This document shows, in pieces, positions 22,770 through 34,769 of a stretch of DNA of 47,625 nt. The notes under the pieces were generated by a model. That model was not told where the DNA came from and made no database searches. It saw only the letters and a list, made by a program, of their open reading frames with translations. Numbering within the stretch: position 1 is the first letter of the stretch; each line of letters begins with the position of its first letter. This DNA comes from Octopus bimaculoides (Eukaryota): contig NC_068992.1 of assembly GCF_001194135.2 (NCBI RefSeq), forward strand, positions 61,560,961 through 61,608,585, read 5' to 3'. The translations under genes and the position numbers were made by a program.

Positions 22770-24170
22770 TATCATCATCATCATCATCATCATCATCGTA
22801 TCATCGTCTAATGTCTGCTTTCCATGCTGGCATGGGTTGATCGGTTTAACTGAGGACTGGCGAGCCCTGGCAAGGATCACGCTCGGATGGTGCTTTTAAC
22901 GTTCCACTAGCACAGGTGCTAGTCAGGCAGTGCTGTTATTGGCCATGTCAGTGAATTTGATTTTGATTTCACTTGCCTCATCAGGTCTTTGCAAACAATG
23001 CATAAGTAGGCTGGTTATACTGCTGGCATGAACCACTTGGCTTGCTGGGTCTTCTCAAGCACAGCATATTTCCAAAGGTCTCGGTCACTAGTCATTGCCT
23101 CGGTCAGGCCCAATGTTCGAAGGTCGTGCTTCACAACCTCATCTCAAGTCTTCCTGGGTCTACCTCTTCCACAGATTACCTCAACTGCTAGGGCGTGACA
23201 CTCTTTCACACAGCTGTCCTCATCTATTCACAACACACGTCCATACCAGTGAAAGGCTTTCTCTATGTCAACAAAAGCCAGGTATAGAGGTTTATCTTTG
23301 TCTAGGTATTTCTCCTGCAGCTGTCTTACCAGAAATATAGCATCAGTGGTGCTTTTCTCTGGTACAAACCCAAACTGCATCTCGTCTAGACTGACCCTCT
23401 CCCAAATTAGTTGGGCTACAACCCTCTCTGTGACTTTCATGACTTTATCCAACAACTTGATACCTCTGTAATTATTTGTATTTAATGCATCACCTTTACC
23501 TTTGTAGCAGTTGACTATGGTGCTGCTACACCAGTCATTGGGTATGACTCCTTCATGTACCACCTGGTTGACTATATGGCTGACTAGGCTATAGCCGACA
23601 CTGCCAGATATTTTGAACATCTCTGCGGTGATTCCTGATGGGCCAGGAGCTTTCCCTGTCTTCATACTCTTTATTGCTTTATCTACCAAGGCACTGTTAA
23701 TTTGGATAGCTGGTCCCTCTGTTGGGTCGGCATTCAGCAGGCTCTCTTTCTCTCATTCATTCTCTTTATTTAGCAACCTTTCATAGTGACATCTCTATAC
23801 TTCTCTCTTTGCAGCCTTACTTAATGCAAGTGTACCATCATCCATGCAAAACATTTCTCTCCTATGACATTACTATTTTCTCTCACACAATGTCTCATAG
23901 CACGAAATACCTCAAGTGTTTGGTCCTTACGGTGCAGAACATTGGCAAATTTTTTCCTTATCTGCTTCCCCCACTGGCTAAATAAACCTGTCTCCTAGCT
24001 TCCCTTTTTGGCTGTCAGATACGATTCCCTGCTACTACCGTTCTTCCAGTCCTTCCAAGCCTGTTTCTTTTCCCCAATGGCTTTGTCAACAATATTGCTC
24101 CACCACCACGTTACCTTGGGTCGAGAGGGGACTTTGCACCATCCACTAGAGGGCTTCCTGGTCTGTATTG
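22770..24170 (-). mobile_element. RTE-clade LINE, 5'-truncated with large internal RT deletion, intact 3' UTR and (GAT)n tail
   Basis: MKTGKAPGPSGITAEM..NYRGIKLL..MQFGFVPEKSTTDAIFLVRQLQEK..FVDIEKAF is fused at about 23251 to HWYGRV..GRGRPRKTW..DLRTLGL; tail atcatc at 22770-22800. Confidence 0.92.
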
Positions 24171-24189
24171 TGTTGAAATGCATTCATAT

Positions 24190-24725
24190 GGCACATATTA
24201 GCACATTTACAGAACTTCAATATAATACAATGCTTTTCACTTTTTCTTTTGGAGCATATATTAAGAATTTCTGTGGGCTTCCTACTCTGGAACAACCTAC
24301 ATACAATTGACCATGTGAGAAACAACCCTCTTTTAGATTGAGATCGACAACCTGCAGTGTTTGACCATGGGATTTGTTAATGGTCAGTGGTAACTGACTC
24401 TCACTGGAAATTGCAATCGTTTGAAATAAAAGGGGACAGCTGTTGGCATTAGTGGTATTCTAGGTATAAATACAGGGTTTCCCTTACCACATCCAGTGAG
24501 GATGTTTGCTTCAATAATTTGAGGCTGTAGTTCAATCACAGCCATACATGTACCATTGCACAATCTTGGCTGATCCAAGTTTCTGAGAAGTATGATGACT
24601 GCGCCCTTCTTCAATTCAAGGTTGTGTGGTGATATGCTGGGTGGTTCCAGACTGTTGAGGAATTCAACAAGATAATGAACAGCATTGTCCTCGTTGACAA
24701 CTTTGTTGATAGATTTATAGATGTT
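24190..24725 (-). mobile_element. Helitron PIF1-like helicase C-terminal fragment
   Basis: EFLNSLEPP..HNLELKKGAVIILLRNL..LCNGT..FIPRIPL..KRLQFPVR, then after a frameshift TINKSHGQTL..CFSHGQLYVGCSRV. Confidence 0.92.
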
Positions 24726-25015
24726 GCGACCTCCATCTCCCCGCTGTGTCACTTGTTTTTTCTTCATAATCTCCTTTCCGTCTGTCTCTAATGAGAAAAA
24801 GAGTTAGAGAATTAGTGAGAGAGACATATATACAACCAGTGAGAGAGAGAGTGTGAGGGAGATAGTGAGAGAGATAGAAACATAGACAGGGACATACAGA
24901 CAGAGAGAAAGCAGAAGTCTGGCAATGACTTCAAAGGAATAAATGTGATGTATAAACTGAGAGAAAGTTGGAAGTGGATTGAGAGATAGGTGGAATATTT
25001 CTTAATTCTGTAAAA

Positions 25016-25515
25016 AACATTATGGTGAAATAGACAGTATGTGGATTGCTAGAAATAGGAGCCAATACGCTGCCCCCCTCCACACACTCACCATTCCGTT
25101 TTCAGAAAATAAGTGCACAGTTACCTGTGGAATGGTCAGATTCATTTTTAAAATGTGGAAAACCTGAAATATTATTGATTTTATCTTGTATTTTCAGCGG
25201 TCAATGTAGAAGCAAGGAAACAAACTTTGCTTTTTATATTTAGTCTTTTCAGTCATCAGCGAACAAGCACACAAATAAACTTTACTTTTCGTAAGGTTAT
25301 AAAGATATTATGGTGAGATAGACAGTATGCTAGAAATAGGAGCCAATACACCACCAAGTCAGCTCCCCCAATCCATTTTCAGAAAATAAAGGCACAGGTA
25401 TCTGTGGAATGGTCATATTAATTTTAAATGACATGAAAAACCTGAAACATTATCAATTTTATTTAGTGTTTTCAGTGGTCAATGTACAAACAAACAAACA
25501 AACTTTGCTTTTTAT
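25016..25515 (+). repeat. ~250-bp direct tandem duplication, diverged
   Basis: attatggtga.atagacagtatg..gctagaaataggagccaatac..cagaaaataa..tgtggaatggtca..ggtcaatgta..aaactttgctttttata occurs at about 25018-25245 and 25308-25517. Confidence 0.85.
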
Positions 25516-25522
25516 AAGTATA

Positions 25523-25550
25523 CTAGCAGTATAACCCGACGTTGTCTGGG
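25523..25550 (-). mobile_element. Helitron-type 3' terminus; element extends to higher coordinates, 5' end not located
   Basis: Minus strand ccc(a)gac-aac-gtcggg hairpin, 8 nt, CTAG, then T. Confidence 0.65.
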
Positions 25551-25732
25551 TGTGACTTATTACACCATCTACGATAAGTCTTGCTAGGTGAAAATCAACT
25601 AAAAAAGAAAGCCTTACCACGAAAAAACCCTTATGATGTAAATATGTTCATAATTCAAAAGACGATGAAATTAATAGGGAAAGTTTGAAGGCAGTTTTGC
25701 GTAACATCGTTAAGTGTACATAAATTTCATCT

Positions 25733-26425
25733 GTCTGGATGGTTGTACATATACAACTATTTAGTAACATGTCACATGTTTTTACAAATCACATATAGGT
25801 GCTTTCATCTACTCTAATAGATTCTTTAGATTTAAATTTTGTGAAGGGATTTGTCTCTTTTTATAGTATTAGTGAATGGGTTGGGGTGGAGAGAGAGAGG
25901 GGGGGAAAAGAGTAATGTGGAGTGTATAGGGTAGGAAAAGAGGGAGAGGAATGGGGAGATAGTGGAGGAAGAAAGTGAGAGTGTATGTGTTTGTGTGTGT
26001 GTGTGTGTGTGTGCGTGTGTGTGTGTATGTGTGTGTGCCTGTGTATCTGAAAGGAAGTGTTTTGAGCAAGAGACAAAAAGAAAAGAAAAAGAATATATGT
26101 TTTTAAGTAGGTGGCTAGAAAAGATGCTTACTTTGGTTCAGCCAGCTCACCAGGGGGTCTGAAAGTAAAATATTTTCAAAGTGAAAAAATGTTTTTTCTT
26201 AATGTCAATGGAAAAGAGAAGGAAAGAAAGGAAGGAGGGAAGGAAGAAAGAAAGAAAGAAGAAAAAATGTGTTTATATCTATACAGTTGGTCAGTTCTTT
26301 CAATAGATGATAACAAGTTGATTCTTGGTTTGTGAAAATGGCAAGACCAGGTGGTTACTCTAAGGCGGGGTCTGTTTTCATGAGGAATAATGAAAGTTAT
26401 TTTCAAAACATTGCCTGGGCTTATT

Positions 26426-26460
<35 letters not shown>

Positions 26461-26760
26461 GCCTGCAGATGCAAGGACATCTGTATCTGGAGTAAAAGAA
26501 CTCCATTTAATTTTTAAAATGCGATGAAGATATTTTTGGTGGAATTGTTCTAACAATTTAAAATGCGTTTCATAACAAATCCAAGTTTCACAGGAATATA
26601 ACAGGGATTGGTAAGACAAATGATTTGTAAAGATGATCATGTGGATCTTAAAAATGTAAATCTGAAGAATCTACTGGAGTAGATGAAAGCACTTATATGT
26701 GATTTGTAAAAACATGTGACATGTTAATAAATATTTGTATATGTACAACCATCCAGATCT
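25733..26760. repeat. ~85-bp inverted repeat pair, about 860 bp apart
   Basis: tctggatggttgtacatatacaactatttagtaacatgtcacatgtttttacaaatcacatataggtgctttcatctactc (about 25735-25812) is the reverse complement of about 26677-26757. Confidence 0.85.
26455..26625 (-). mobile_element. Second RTE-type LINE fragment (post-RT region)
   Basis: LLYSCETWICYETHFKLLEQFHQKYLHRILKIKWSSFTPDTDVLASA matches the RTE YGCETW..LE.FH..CLR.IL.I.W motif. Confidence 0.75.
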
Positions 26761-26812
26761 CTGAGTAACTTATATTTTCTAATGTAAATTATCGGTACAT
26801 CACCTCCAAAAC

Positions 26813-26855
<43 letters not shown>

Positions 26856-26858
26856 AAT

Positions 26859-27230
26859 ATTAGGGAAAAAAATTCCAAACTTACAGGGAAAAATTCAATT
26901 TAATTTATCCCTGTAAATTTTCAATTTTAGTGTATTTACTTATAAAATTTTTCTATACATGATTGTGGATTTTCATGGATGAATTTAATAATTGTGGGGG
27001 TTTTTTCTCTAAATTATATATTTTATATATATTTTCATATATTAGGGATAAAAATCCAAATTTACAGGTAAAAACCCAATTAAATTCAATTTATCAAAAA
27101 TTAAAATTAAATTAAGTTTCACAGTATAAAATATATAAATATATGATTTAGAGAAAAGAACCAAAGTTGATGAACTCATCCATGAAAATCCACAGTCACA
27201 TATAGAAAAGATTAATAAGTAAATACACGA
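26859..27230. repeat. AT-rich repeat with nested direct and inverted segments (PLE-terminus-like)
   Basis: Direct repeat attaggga.aaaa.tccaaa.ttacagg.aaaa at about 26859 and 27040; inverted repeat gtgtatttactta..tgtggattttcatggatga (about 26931-26985) versus about 27176-27228. Confidence 0.65.
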
Positions 27231-27542
27231 TAAGTATAATAAAATAGAAAATAAAAATCATAAAATAATAATAATAAAATTACTACACGTGTTTCATAAC
27301 CAAGTTTTCAAATAGAAAATAAAATATATTCAAATCGATTAAATCGATCGAAAATCAATTCTATTCAAAAATATAGCTAACCTTCAGCTCACAATACAAC
27401 AACAATAATAATAAAAGGGATGTATGTATCAACCAACAATAAATAACAAATGAATGTATATAAAAATACTTATTATATTAAGATAGAAAAATGTTAAACA
27501 ATACACATCCACACACACACACACACACACACACATAAACAT

Positions 27543-27688
27543 ATACGACGGGCTTCTTTCAGTTTCCTCTCACAAGGCTTTGTTTGGCCCAAGGCTATAG
27601 AACATACTTCCCTAAGATGCCATGAAGTGGGACTGAACCCAAAACCAAGTGGTTGGAAAGCAAGTTTCTTACCACACAGTCACACCTG
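27543..27688 (-). mobile_element. SINE family A
   Basis: Reverse complement of the family A head and core (gacgggcttctttcagtttcc..cccaaggctatag..gggactgaaccc..ttcttaccacacag). Confidence 0.85.
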
Positions 27689-27848
27689 ATATATATTAGT
27701 ATTTCACTTAGGCATGGTGATACTAATAACCTGGTGCTGGAATTCAATGTAGATATGCTTCAGAGAAAAATGTTAGTTGAGTACAGAGCATAATAATAAA
27801 TTATATAAATGACAAGGAAACAATAAATTACGTAAGTGAAGTTCATTA

Positions 27849-27929
27849 GTTTTACAGCTGTTTCTGCTATTAGATGCAATACACTCATACTTGAGTACTT
27901 GTGTATCATCTTATAGCTTCTTCAGAGTT
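27849..27929 (-). ncRNA. Degenerate hammerhead motif
   Basis: Minus strand CTGAAGA-a-gctat..(long hairpin)..atagc-a-GAAA-cagctg-TA. Core and stems II and III are intact, but stem I (aact/aaac) does not pair. Confidence 0.45.
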
Positions 27930-28103
27930 TCAAAAGTGAAGTGTAATTATATTTGGAAAAGGATTTATATATATGGAAAACATCACCAAAAAGGAGTATC
28001 AAGTTTGAAGGGAAAAACCTACTCACAGAAGTATATTTAGATAATTTTGTGTATACATGTGTATACAGATAGGCATACAATGAACCCCTATGTGAATAAT
28101 TGT

Positions 28104-28486
28104 GGAGGCACAATGGCCCAGTGGTTAGGGCAGTGGACTCGTGATCATAGGATCACAGTTTTGATTCGCAGACTGGGAGTTGTGAGTGTTTATTGAGCAA
28201 AAACATATAAAGCTCCACAAGGCTCTGGCAGGGGTTGGTGGCGAACCCTCCTGTATTCTTTCACCACATTTTTCTCTCATTCTTTCTTCCTTTTCCTGTT
28301 GTACCTGTATTTTCAAAGGGCCAGTCTTATCACACTCCGTGTTACTCTGAATCTCCCTGAGAACTATATTACGAGTACATGTGTCTGTGGAGAGCTCAGC
28401 CACTTGCATGCTAATTTCACAAGCAGACTGTTCTGTTGATTGGTCCAACTAGAACCCTTGTCGTTGTAACCAATGGAGTGCCACGA
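28104..28486 (+). mobile_element. tRNA-derived SINE family B, long tail variant
   Basis: ggaggcacaatggcccagtggttagggcagtggact..gtgtttattgagcaaaaaca..gctccacaaggctc; head and body match 11619. Confidence 0.85.
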
Positions 28487-28719
28487 TATATGAATAATTA
28501 TTTATATGTATACATGAAATATTGTAGTAAAGTGGGCCCTCCTACTGGTGTGATGTGTGGCTGCCGTTGTACTGTAGTTACTCTTTTATGCTTGTAGCCA
28601 CAATATTTACTAGTTATCAGATACCATTGTCGCTTCGTACCGGAATAGTAATACACATCACATATAGAGTATGCGTTCACACCTTGGTGGTTCTTTGTAT
28701 GAGACCTTTATTTCCTTTT

Positions 28720-29310
28720 TTTCTCCTGCTATCGTTATCCTTGAGTAGGAGCATAGCTCCTATCCCATATTTGATGGCATCTGTAGCTAGTATTACCACT
28801 AACTTGAGGTCGAGATGCATAAGATACAAGTCTGAAGTTAGCACATCTTTTAACTCGTTAAATGCTTTCTGACATTTCTCTGTCCAAACCCACTTGGCAT
28901 TTTTTGCTTAGTAATTTATTAAGTGGTGCTTTTAACTTATGTATGTTTGGGACATACACTTGGAAATAATTTACCAAGCCTAGGAATGCTTGTAGCATTG
29001 TCACGTTTGTTGGGGGCAGTATGTTTTGTATCCCCATCTCCCTTGATGGGTCCAGTCTACGTCCACTTTCATTGATTACTTGACCTAGGAATTTTATTTT
29101 TTCCATCAAAAATTCATATTTTGCTTTTGTCAGCTTCAGCCAGTATTCACTTATTCTCTCGAATACTTTCTTTATGTGGTTGATGTGTTGCACCCGAAAC
29201 TCACTCCTTATCAAAATGTCATCGAGGTATGCAATGGCAAAGTTGCAGTCACTTAACATAGCATCCATTATTTGTTAGAATACGGCGGGTAATACTTTTA
29301 CTCCAAACAG
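28720..29310 (-). mobile_element. Ty3/Gypsy RT C-half plus RNase H start, decayed
   Basis: MDAML..AYLDDILI..KIKFLGQVI..LQAFLGLVNY..APLNKLL; then VILATDAIKYGIGAML. Confidence 0.9.
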
Positions 29311-29559
29311 CAGTCATTTGAACTTGTACAATCCATCAAACATATAAAAGTTTTCCATTAGAATTTTGTTTCTTGTGACTGTTTCCTCAGTAAGCTTTTT
29401 TTAAGTTGATTTATATGTCCCTAATGTTTGTAGTTGTGACCTTTTACCAAAAAATGACACTTTCCTAATCTGTTTAGTAATCACACCTATTCCCAAATTT
29501 CTTGACTGCTTTTATACATTTTAAAGAAAACTTTGTCACCAATTTTGAAAAACTATGTA

Positions 29560-30226
29560 TAATATTTCTTGTTCGATATTTTTCTTTTCTTTTTTTTTTC
29601 TACCTGGTAACAACTTGTTGAATACTGTTTTGCAAGGAACATTCCAGACAAGGTATTGTAATTTGGTGTCGCTCAGTATACCCTCAAAAACTGTTGGAGT
29701 GCTAAGTCGTCCATTATTTCATTGTTCGTTTTATTTAAAGCCTTCTTAAATGTGTCAAAAAACTGCCCCGCTTGTCCATTTGACTTAGGATGATATGGCG
29801 ATGTGGCCACATTTGACAGAAAACATTTTACAAAATTTTTTGAGCTCATCTGCAGTAAATTGTGTTCCATTGTCAAATGCAATAATATCAAGAATACTAT
29901 ACCTGGTGAACATCATCATCATCGCTCAACGTCCCCCTTCCATGCTAGTGTAAAAAAAACTTGCTTCAACCAATGGTGTTGGTTTTTTACATGTATGCAC
30001 TTCAGGCCACTTAGGACAACTGTTTACCACAACAAGGTAATATGAACCGTTAAGTGAACCTGCAAAATCGACGTGCAATCTTGACCATGGAATATCTGTT
30101 TTGGGCCATTTTGTGATAGGTGCTTTTGCTGCTAGAGCACAGCCTCTGCATGCTTTCACTAATTCTTCAATCTCTTGGTCCATTCTTGGCCAATAGCTTC
30201 TCATTAACAAGTTTTTTATATCCTGG
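29560..30226 (-). mobile_element. Ty3/Gypsy integrase fragment
   Basis: HQD..LMRSYWPRMDQEIEELVKACRGCALAAKAP..WSRLHVDFAG..KWPEV; SPYHPKSNGQAGQFFDTFKKAL. Confidence 0.9.
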
Positions 30227-30422
30227 TGTTGGATAAATAATTTAATGATGTAAGGGAAAGAAAGTATTATCACAATACAATTACTGCAACACAAGATTAA
30301 ATGCTCTCAGCCAATGGCTCACAGTGAGCTGCTTACTCTGAACTGCTGACATTTCTTTGTTTTATAGCAATGCGTCAGTCCGCTTTTAGTCACAAAAAGG
30401 TAATGGGAATCCTTCCATACCA
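30227..30422 (-). mobile_element. Probable Gypsy 3' LTR (~196 bp) preceded by PPT
   Basis: Minus strand PPT aaaaaatgggaga, then TGG...ccAACA, with internal TATAAAA and ATTAAA; lies after the end of the pol homology. Confidence 0.55.
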
Positions 30423-31771
30423 TCTCCCATTTTTTGAATTACCTAACTTCACTCCTTTTGAGAATTTAACTCTGCTCAGAGTTTTAATATCTCTTATGCT
30501 TAGGGTTCAATTCTAGTGTTTCCATTCTTTTGTTTTCCAATGCTAGAATGTGTAGTTTCAAATTGTCTGAGTGTTGGTACCTCAAATGTGTCATACAATA
30601 CTTCCATGGAGATTTCGTTTCTTGTGACTATTTTTCCTGTGAATCTTTTTTTTCAGTTGGTTCAACATGTTCAACATTTTTTCCCTTTATCAGGAATAAC
30701 ATTCTTCCAATTTGTTTAATAATTACACCTTCCACCCAGCATTCTTTCCCATTTCTATGGGCTTAAAAAAACTTTTGTCACCTAACTTGAAGAATTTTGA
30801 ACAGTTCACTTTTTCTATATTTTCACTCAGTATCAACTTATCAAAAACAGATCTGATTTTTATAGCAAACATCAATTCTGCAGTTGTCATTCCAGATGGG
30901 GTATTCGGATTAGGTGTTACTTGGTAAACACTTAGAAAGGTCGTACATTACTTCCTTGTTCACTTTTTTAGCACCCTCATGAAAATGTCAACAAAATGCT
31001 CCACTTGAAATCACCAACAAAATACTTTGCTAGGATGATATAGCAGAGTGGTAACATGTTCGATAACGAACATTTTACAAAATTTTATGAACTCAACTGA
31101 TGTAAATTGAGTCCTATTATCATACAATATGGTATCAGGAATACCGTATCTGGCGAAGAATTTGTGTAAAAAAATTTACTGTAACCGCAGATGTTGGCTT
31201 TTTTACATTCATGCACTTCAGGCCACTTTGCAAAACTGTCCACCACAACAAGGTAATATGAACCCTTAAGTGGGCCTGCATAATCAACATGCAGTCTGGA
31301 CCATGGAATATCTGTTTTGGCCATGGTTGCCATTTAGTGGTAGGTGCTTTTGCAGCTAGGGCACACCTTCTGCATGCTTTTACTAGTTCTTCAAAGTCAT
31401 GGTCTATTGTTGGACTTCTCAATAATGATTTCATTCTCGAAATCCCTGGCTGACCTACATAAAATTCCTTTAGTAATCACTTCTACGACTCTTTCTGTAC
31501 ACATCAACACATTGTCACACATTAAGAATGGGTTTGAATTTGTTTTGCGTTCAGAAAAAACGCATATTTTTTATCTCTTTTAGCCCTCAGCATTTCTTTC
31601 ATTTTTGATAATGAATTTATCATTTTCCGATTTTAATTTCATGTCTTGTAATGTGACTGGTATGATGTTACTCAAACATTTTTAATTTCATTTTCTGCTC
31701 ACAGCACAGCAATCACAGTCTCTTCAAATGGTTCAGCATATTTTTAAATCAATCTTGATAAACAATCAGCA

Positions 31772-32056
31772 GAGGGGTTTTCAAACTTTTTGACTTGCGG
31801 ACCCCTTTATATTTCAGGCTTTACCTTAGGGACCCCCTTATAAACGCTTATGAAATTTATACATAAATATTTGCTTAAAATAACATATATTTTACATTTA
31901 TTTATTTAACAGTATTTTAGCAAATAGGTTTATTGTCAATTATACACACAGGATTTTTTTAATACATACTTAGTGAGAAGGATGTGCTTGCATGGACCCC
32001 CTGTCTTGTCCTTGCGGACCCCCTGTGGTCCGCGGACCACAGTTTGAAAAACCCCG
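31772..32056. mobile_element. hAT-superfamily MITE with 8-bp TSD
   Basis: TSD aatcagca at 31764-31771 and 32057-32064; imperfect TIRs gaggggttttcaaact / agtttgaaaaaccccg; subterminal ggacccc repeats; splits the Gypsy GHADCLSRL codons. Confidence 0.9.
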
Positions 32057-32121
32057 AATCAGCATGTCCTAATTTTTTAGATGGTATATACTCCATCTTA
32101 AAATTATAGTTTAATAATATA

Positions 32122-32377
32122 AATAAATAAAATAAATGCGCCCTTTTAAAGCCTAGCCAGGCTCATGGGCCCAGTTTCCTGGTTTCAATGTGTTCCCCAG
32201 CTGGACGAAACGCCAGTCCATCACAGTGTTACTCATTTTTGCCAACTGAGTGGACTGGAGCAACGTGAAATGAAGTGTTTTGTTCAAGAACACAATGCAT
32301 CACCCGGTCAAGGAATCGAAACCACGATCTCACGATCATGATGCTGACACCCTAACCACTAAGCTACGCACCTCCAC
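32122..32377 (-). mobile_element. tRNA-derived SINE (Meta-domain-like centre) with TSD
   Basis: Minus strand A box tagcttagtgg, B box ggtttcgattcc, gcattgtgttcttgaacaaaacactt..ccagtccactcag, (TTTA)n tail; 14-bp TSD agtttaataatata / aatttgataatata with 2 mismatches. Confidence 0.85.
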
Positions 32378-34769
32378 AATTTGATAATATAGCACTCCAA
32401 TATTGCAACCTATCAACAGATGGGTAAAGATTCCTTTCTTCAATCTATATATATAGATAATAACGGATAATAATCATTCTGTAGTCGAAAATTTCTACCG
32501 TATAAAAATCTATGAAAATTTTTTACGGCAAAAATAATCATTAGAGCCTCTTTTTTTTATTTAAATGTAATTTTTTTCTACTGATATCAGAGAACGTGAG
32601 ACATGAACCACTGCCTTCATGTTACCATCTTTATATTTATGTAGCACTACTGTTCCATTTAAAAAAAAAATTTTTTTTGTCAAACGCTTTCTGACAATTT
32701 TCAGACCAATTCCACTTCACATCTTTTTTTAATCGATTATTTAGTGGAACCCTCACCTTATGCAAATTTGGAATATAATTTTAGTAATAAGTTGCCAGTC
32801 CCAAAAAAGCTTGTAAGGTCGCTATATTTGTTGGAGGGGTCATATTTTTAATTGCATCTGCCTTCAACAGTCTTCCTGGTCAACCTCCATTTCTGTCAAT
32901 TTTCAGTAAGCCATAATCCCTAATCTTTTAAACACATATTTTGCGTGCTCTATGTGTTAGTCCAGGGATTTGCTTTATATGAGTACATCATCTAGATATG
33001 GAATTGCAAATTTACAATCCATTAACATCGCATCCATAATCTGTTGAAAAAGCGCCTGTGTGACTTTTAAAACAAATGATAACCTGTTGTTATGTATGTT
33101 AATTGTAAGGTATTTAGAGGGAGCATTCATTGTCTACTCTAATTTGTAGGCACGCATCAGAGAGATCCAATTAAGAAAATAAGTTGCCACCGTTTAATTT
33201 TGCAAGTATGTTCTCCGGATTTTGTAGAAAAATTTGCATTTCTCTTCTCCCAGTTTGGAATCATAATCCTCATGAAGTCACATTCTGCAAGCATCGCATT
33301 CATCACTTCTTGGAATATAGCTGTAGCAACATTTATGCCAAAAGGGAGCTGGTTAAATTTGTACAGCCCTTTATGGGTATTAATTGTAGCAGCTTAGTAC
33401 ATTTGTCTTTCACTTGTATTTGTAAGTAAGCATCAGAAAGATCTAATTGCAAGAACAATTTTCCACTTTTTAATTTTGAGATTTCCTCTAGGCTAGGTAA
33501 TGGGTAGTTATACTGTCTTAAACATTCATTTAGTCGTGTCATGAAATTTGCACATACACAAATTTTATTGTTCTTTTTTTACATACACTCTTAGAGGCAC
33601 TCAGTCTGATTAGTCAATCTTTTCAATCACTCCCATTTTTTTTTACTACTATCCGTCTACTTCTTTATTCACTTGTTCCAGTGCTGCAAATGATACATTA
33701 TGTATGGGTTTGAACACTTGCGATGAATTTTCTTTTACCTGAAATTTTACTTTAAATTTATTGCACCGATCCAATTCATCTGAAAAAAAAAAACCTCAGG
33801 GAACAACCTTGTTACTTCTTCGTTTTAAGTTCTTTTACTCTGTATTTGAAATTTCCTTTGAGTCTCATTTGTATTTCTTGTCGCTGATAAACTGTTTGCA
33901 TAATTTTTTCTGTTGAACTGTTTTTTAGGTTTTTTTATAGTGTGATTTTGAAACATTTTCGATTTTTATAAGGACAGTCGAATCTGTAGTGTAATTCTTC
34001 ACATCTAAAACGGGTTAATTTTCCACTTTTAATGCCTTACTTTTGGTCACACCGATTGTGTATGAGAGCAGTTTCTCACTTCAGTTCGTTCAGTATTGTG
34101 CCTTAGGTTTATTATTCTCTGACATTCCTCAGATATTTCTTGTAGTGTTAGTTTCTGATTCTGCTCTAATTTAGTCAGGATTCAGTTACAAATTTCCACA
34201 TCTTTCTTTGCCCTAAAAACTTGCATGAAAATTAAGCATTTAAATATATCTGGTATTAGTTCATTAATTTTAACTCTCTCACCCTCTCTATAAACGATTC
34301 CAGTGTATGTAATAAAATCTTTGTCCTCTTTTTTGTAATATTCATGCATTGCCAGCACATATTAAATAAAGAGCTTCTTTCACTGAAAATCTTTGATAGA
34401 ATATTCACTGTTTCTTCAAAACAGATTTCACCTGGTTCTTTAATAATATGTAATTTTAATATTTCTCATGCCCAGCTGGAGCCAACTTTCTCAACAAACG
34501 TCAAGGTTTTTTCTCATCTCGCCAGCTACAGCATTCTTCTGTAAAAATTTCTGTAAAGAAAAGTAAGCAGGGAAGGCCATACCTTCCTCTGGGTTATATG
34601 TGAACTCTCCAATTGAGTTTGTGATAGTGTCAGGGGTGAACAAAGTAGATGTATTTTCTGTTTTCTTCTGTATCAGTTGTGCTAACAGTTGCTGTTGCTT
34701 CTGAAATTCCAAAAACTGCTGTTGTTGCTGTTGTTACTGCTGTTCTTTCTACTGTTCTTGTTACTGCTG

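Noticed and set aside
22960-22995. Minus-strand CTGATGAggcaagtGAAAtc in the RTE 3' UTR
   Set aside because: No stable stem II, and homologous copies read ctgttga or ctgttgg (34765, 34875), so the match is coincidental.
28510-28680. Possible solo LTR (minus strand TGTGAA...CTACA)
   Set aside because: No second copy, PPT, PBS or TSD could be confirmed.
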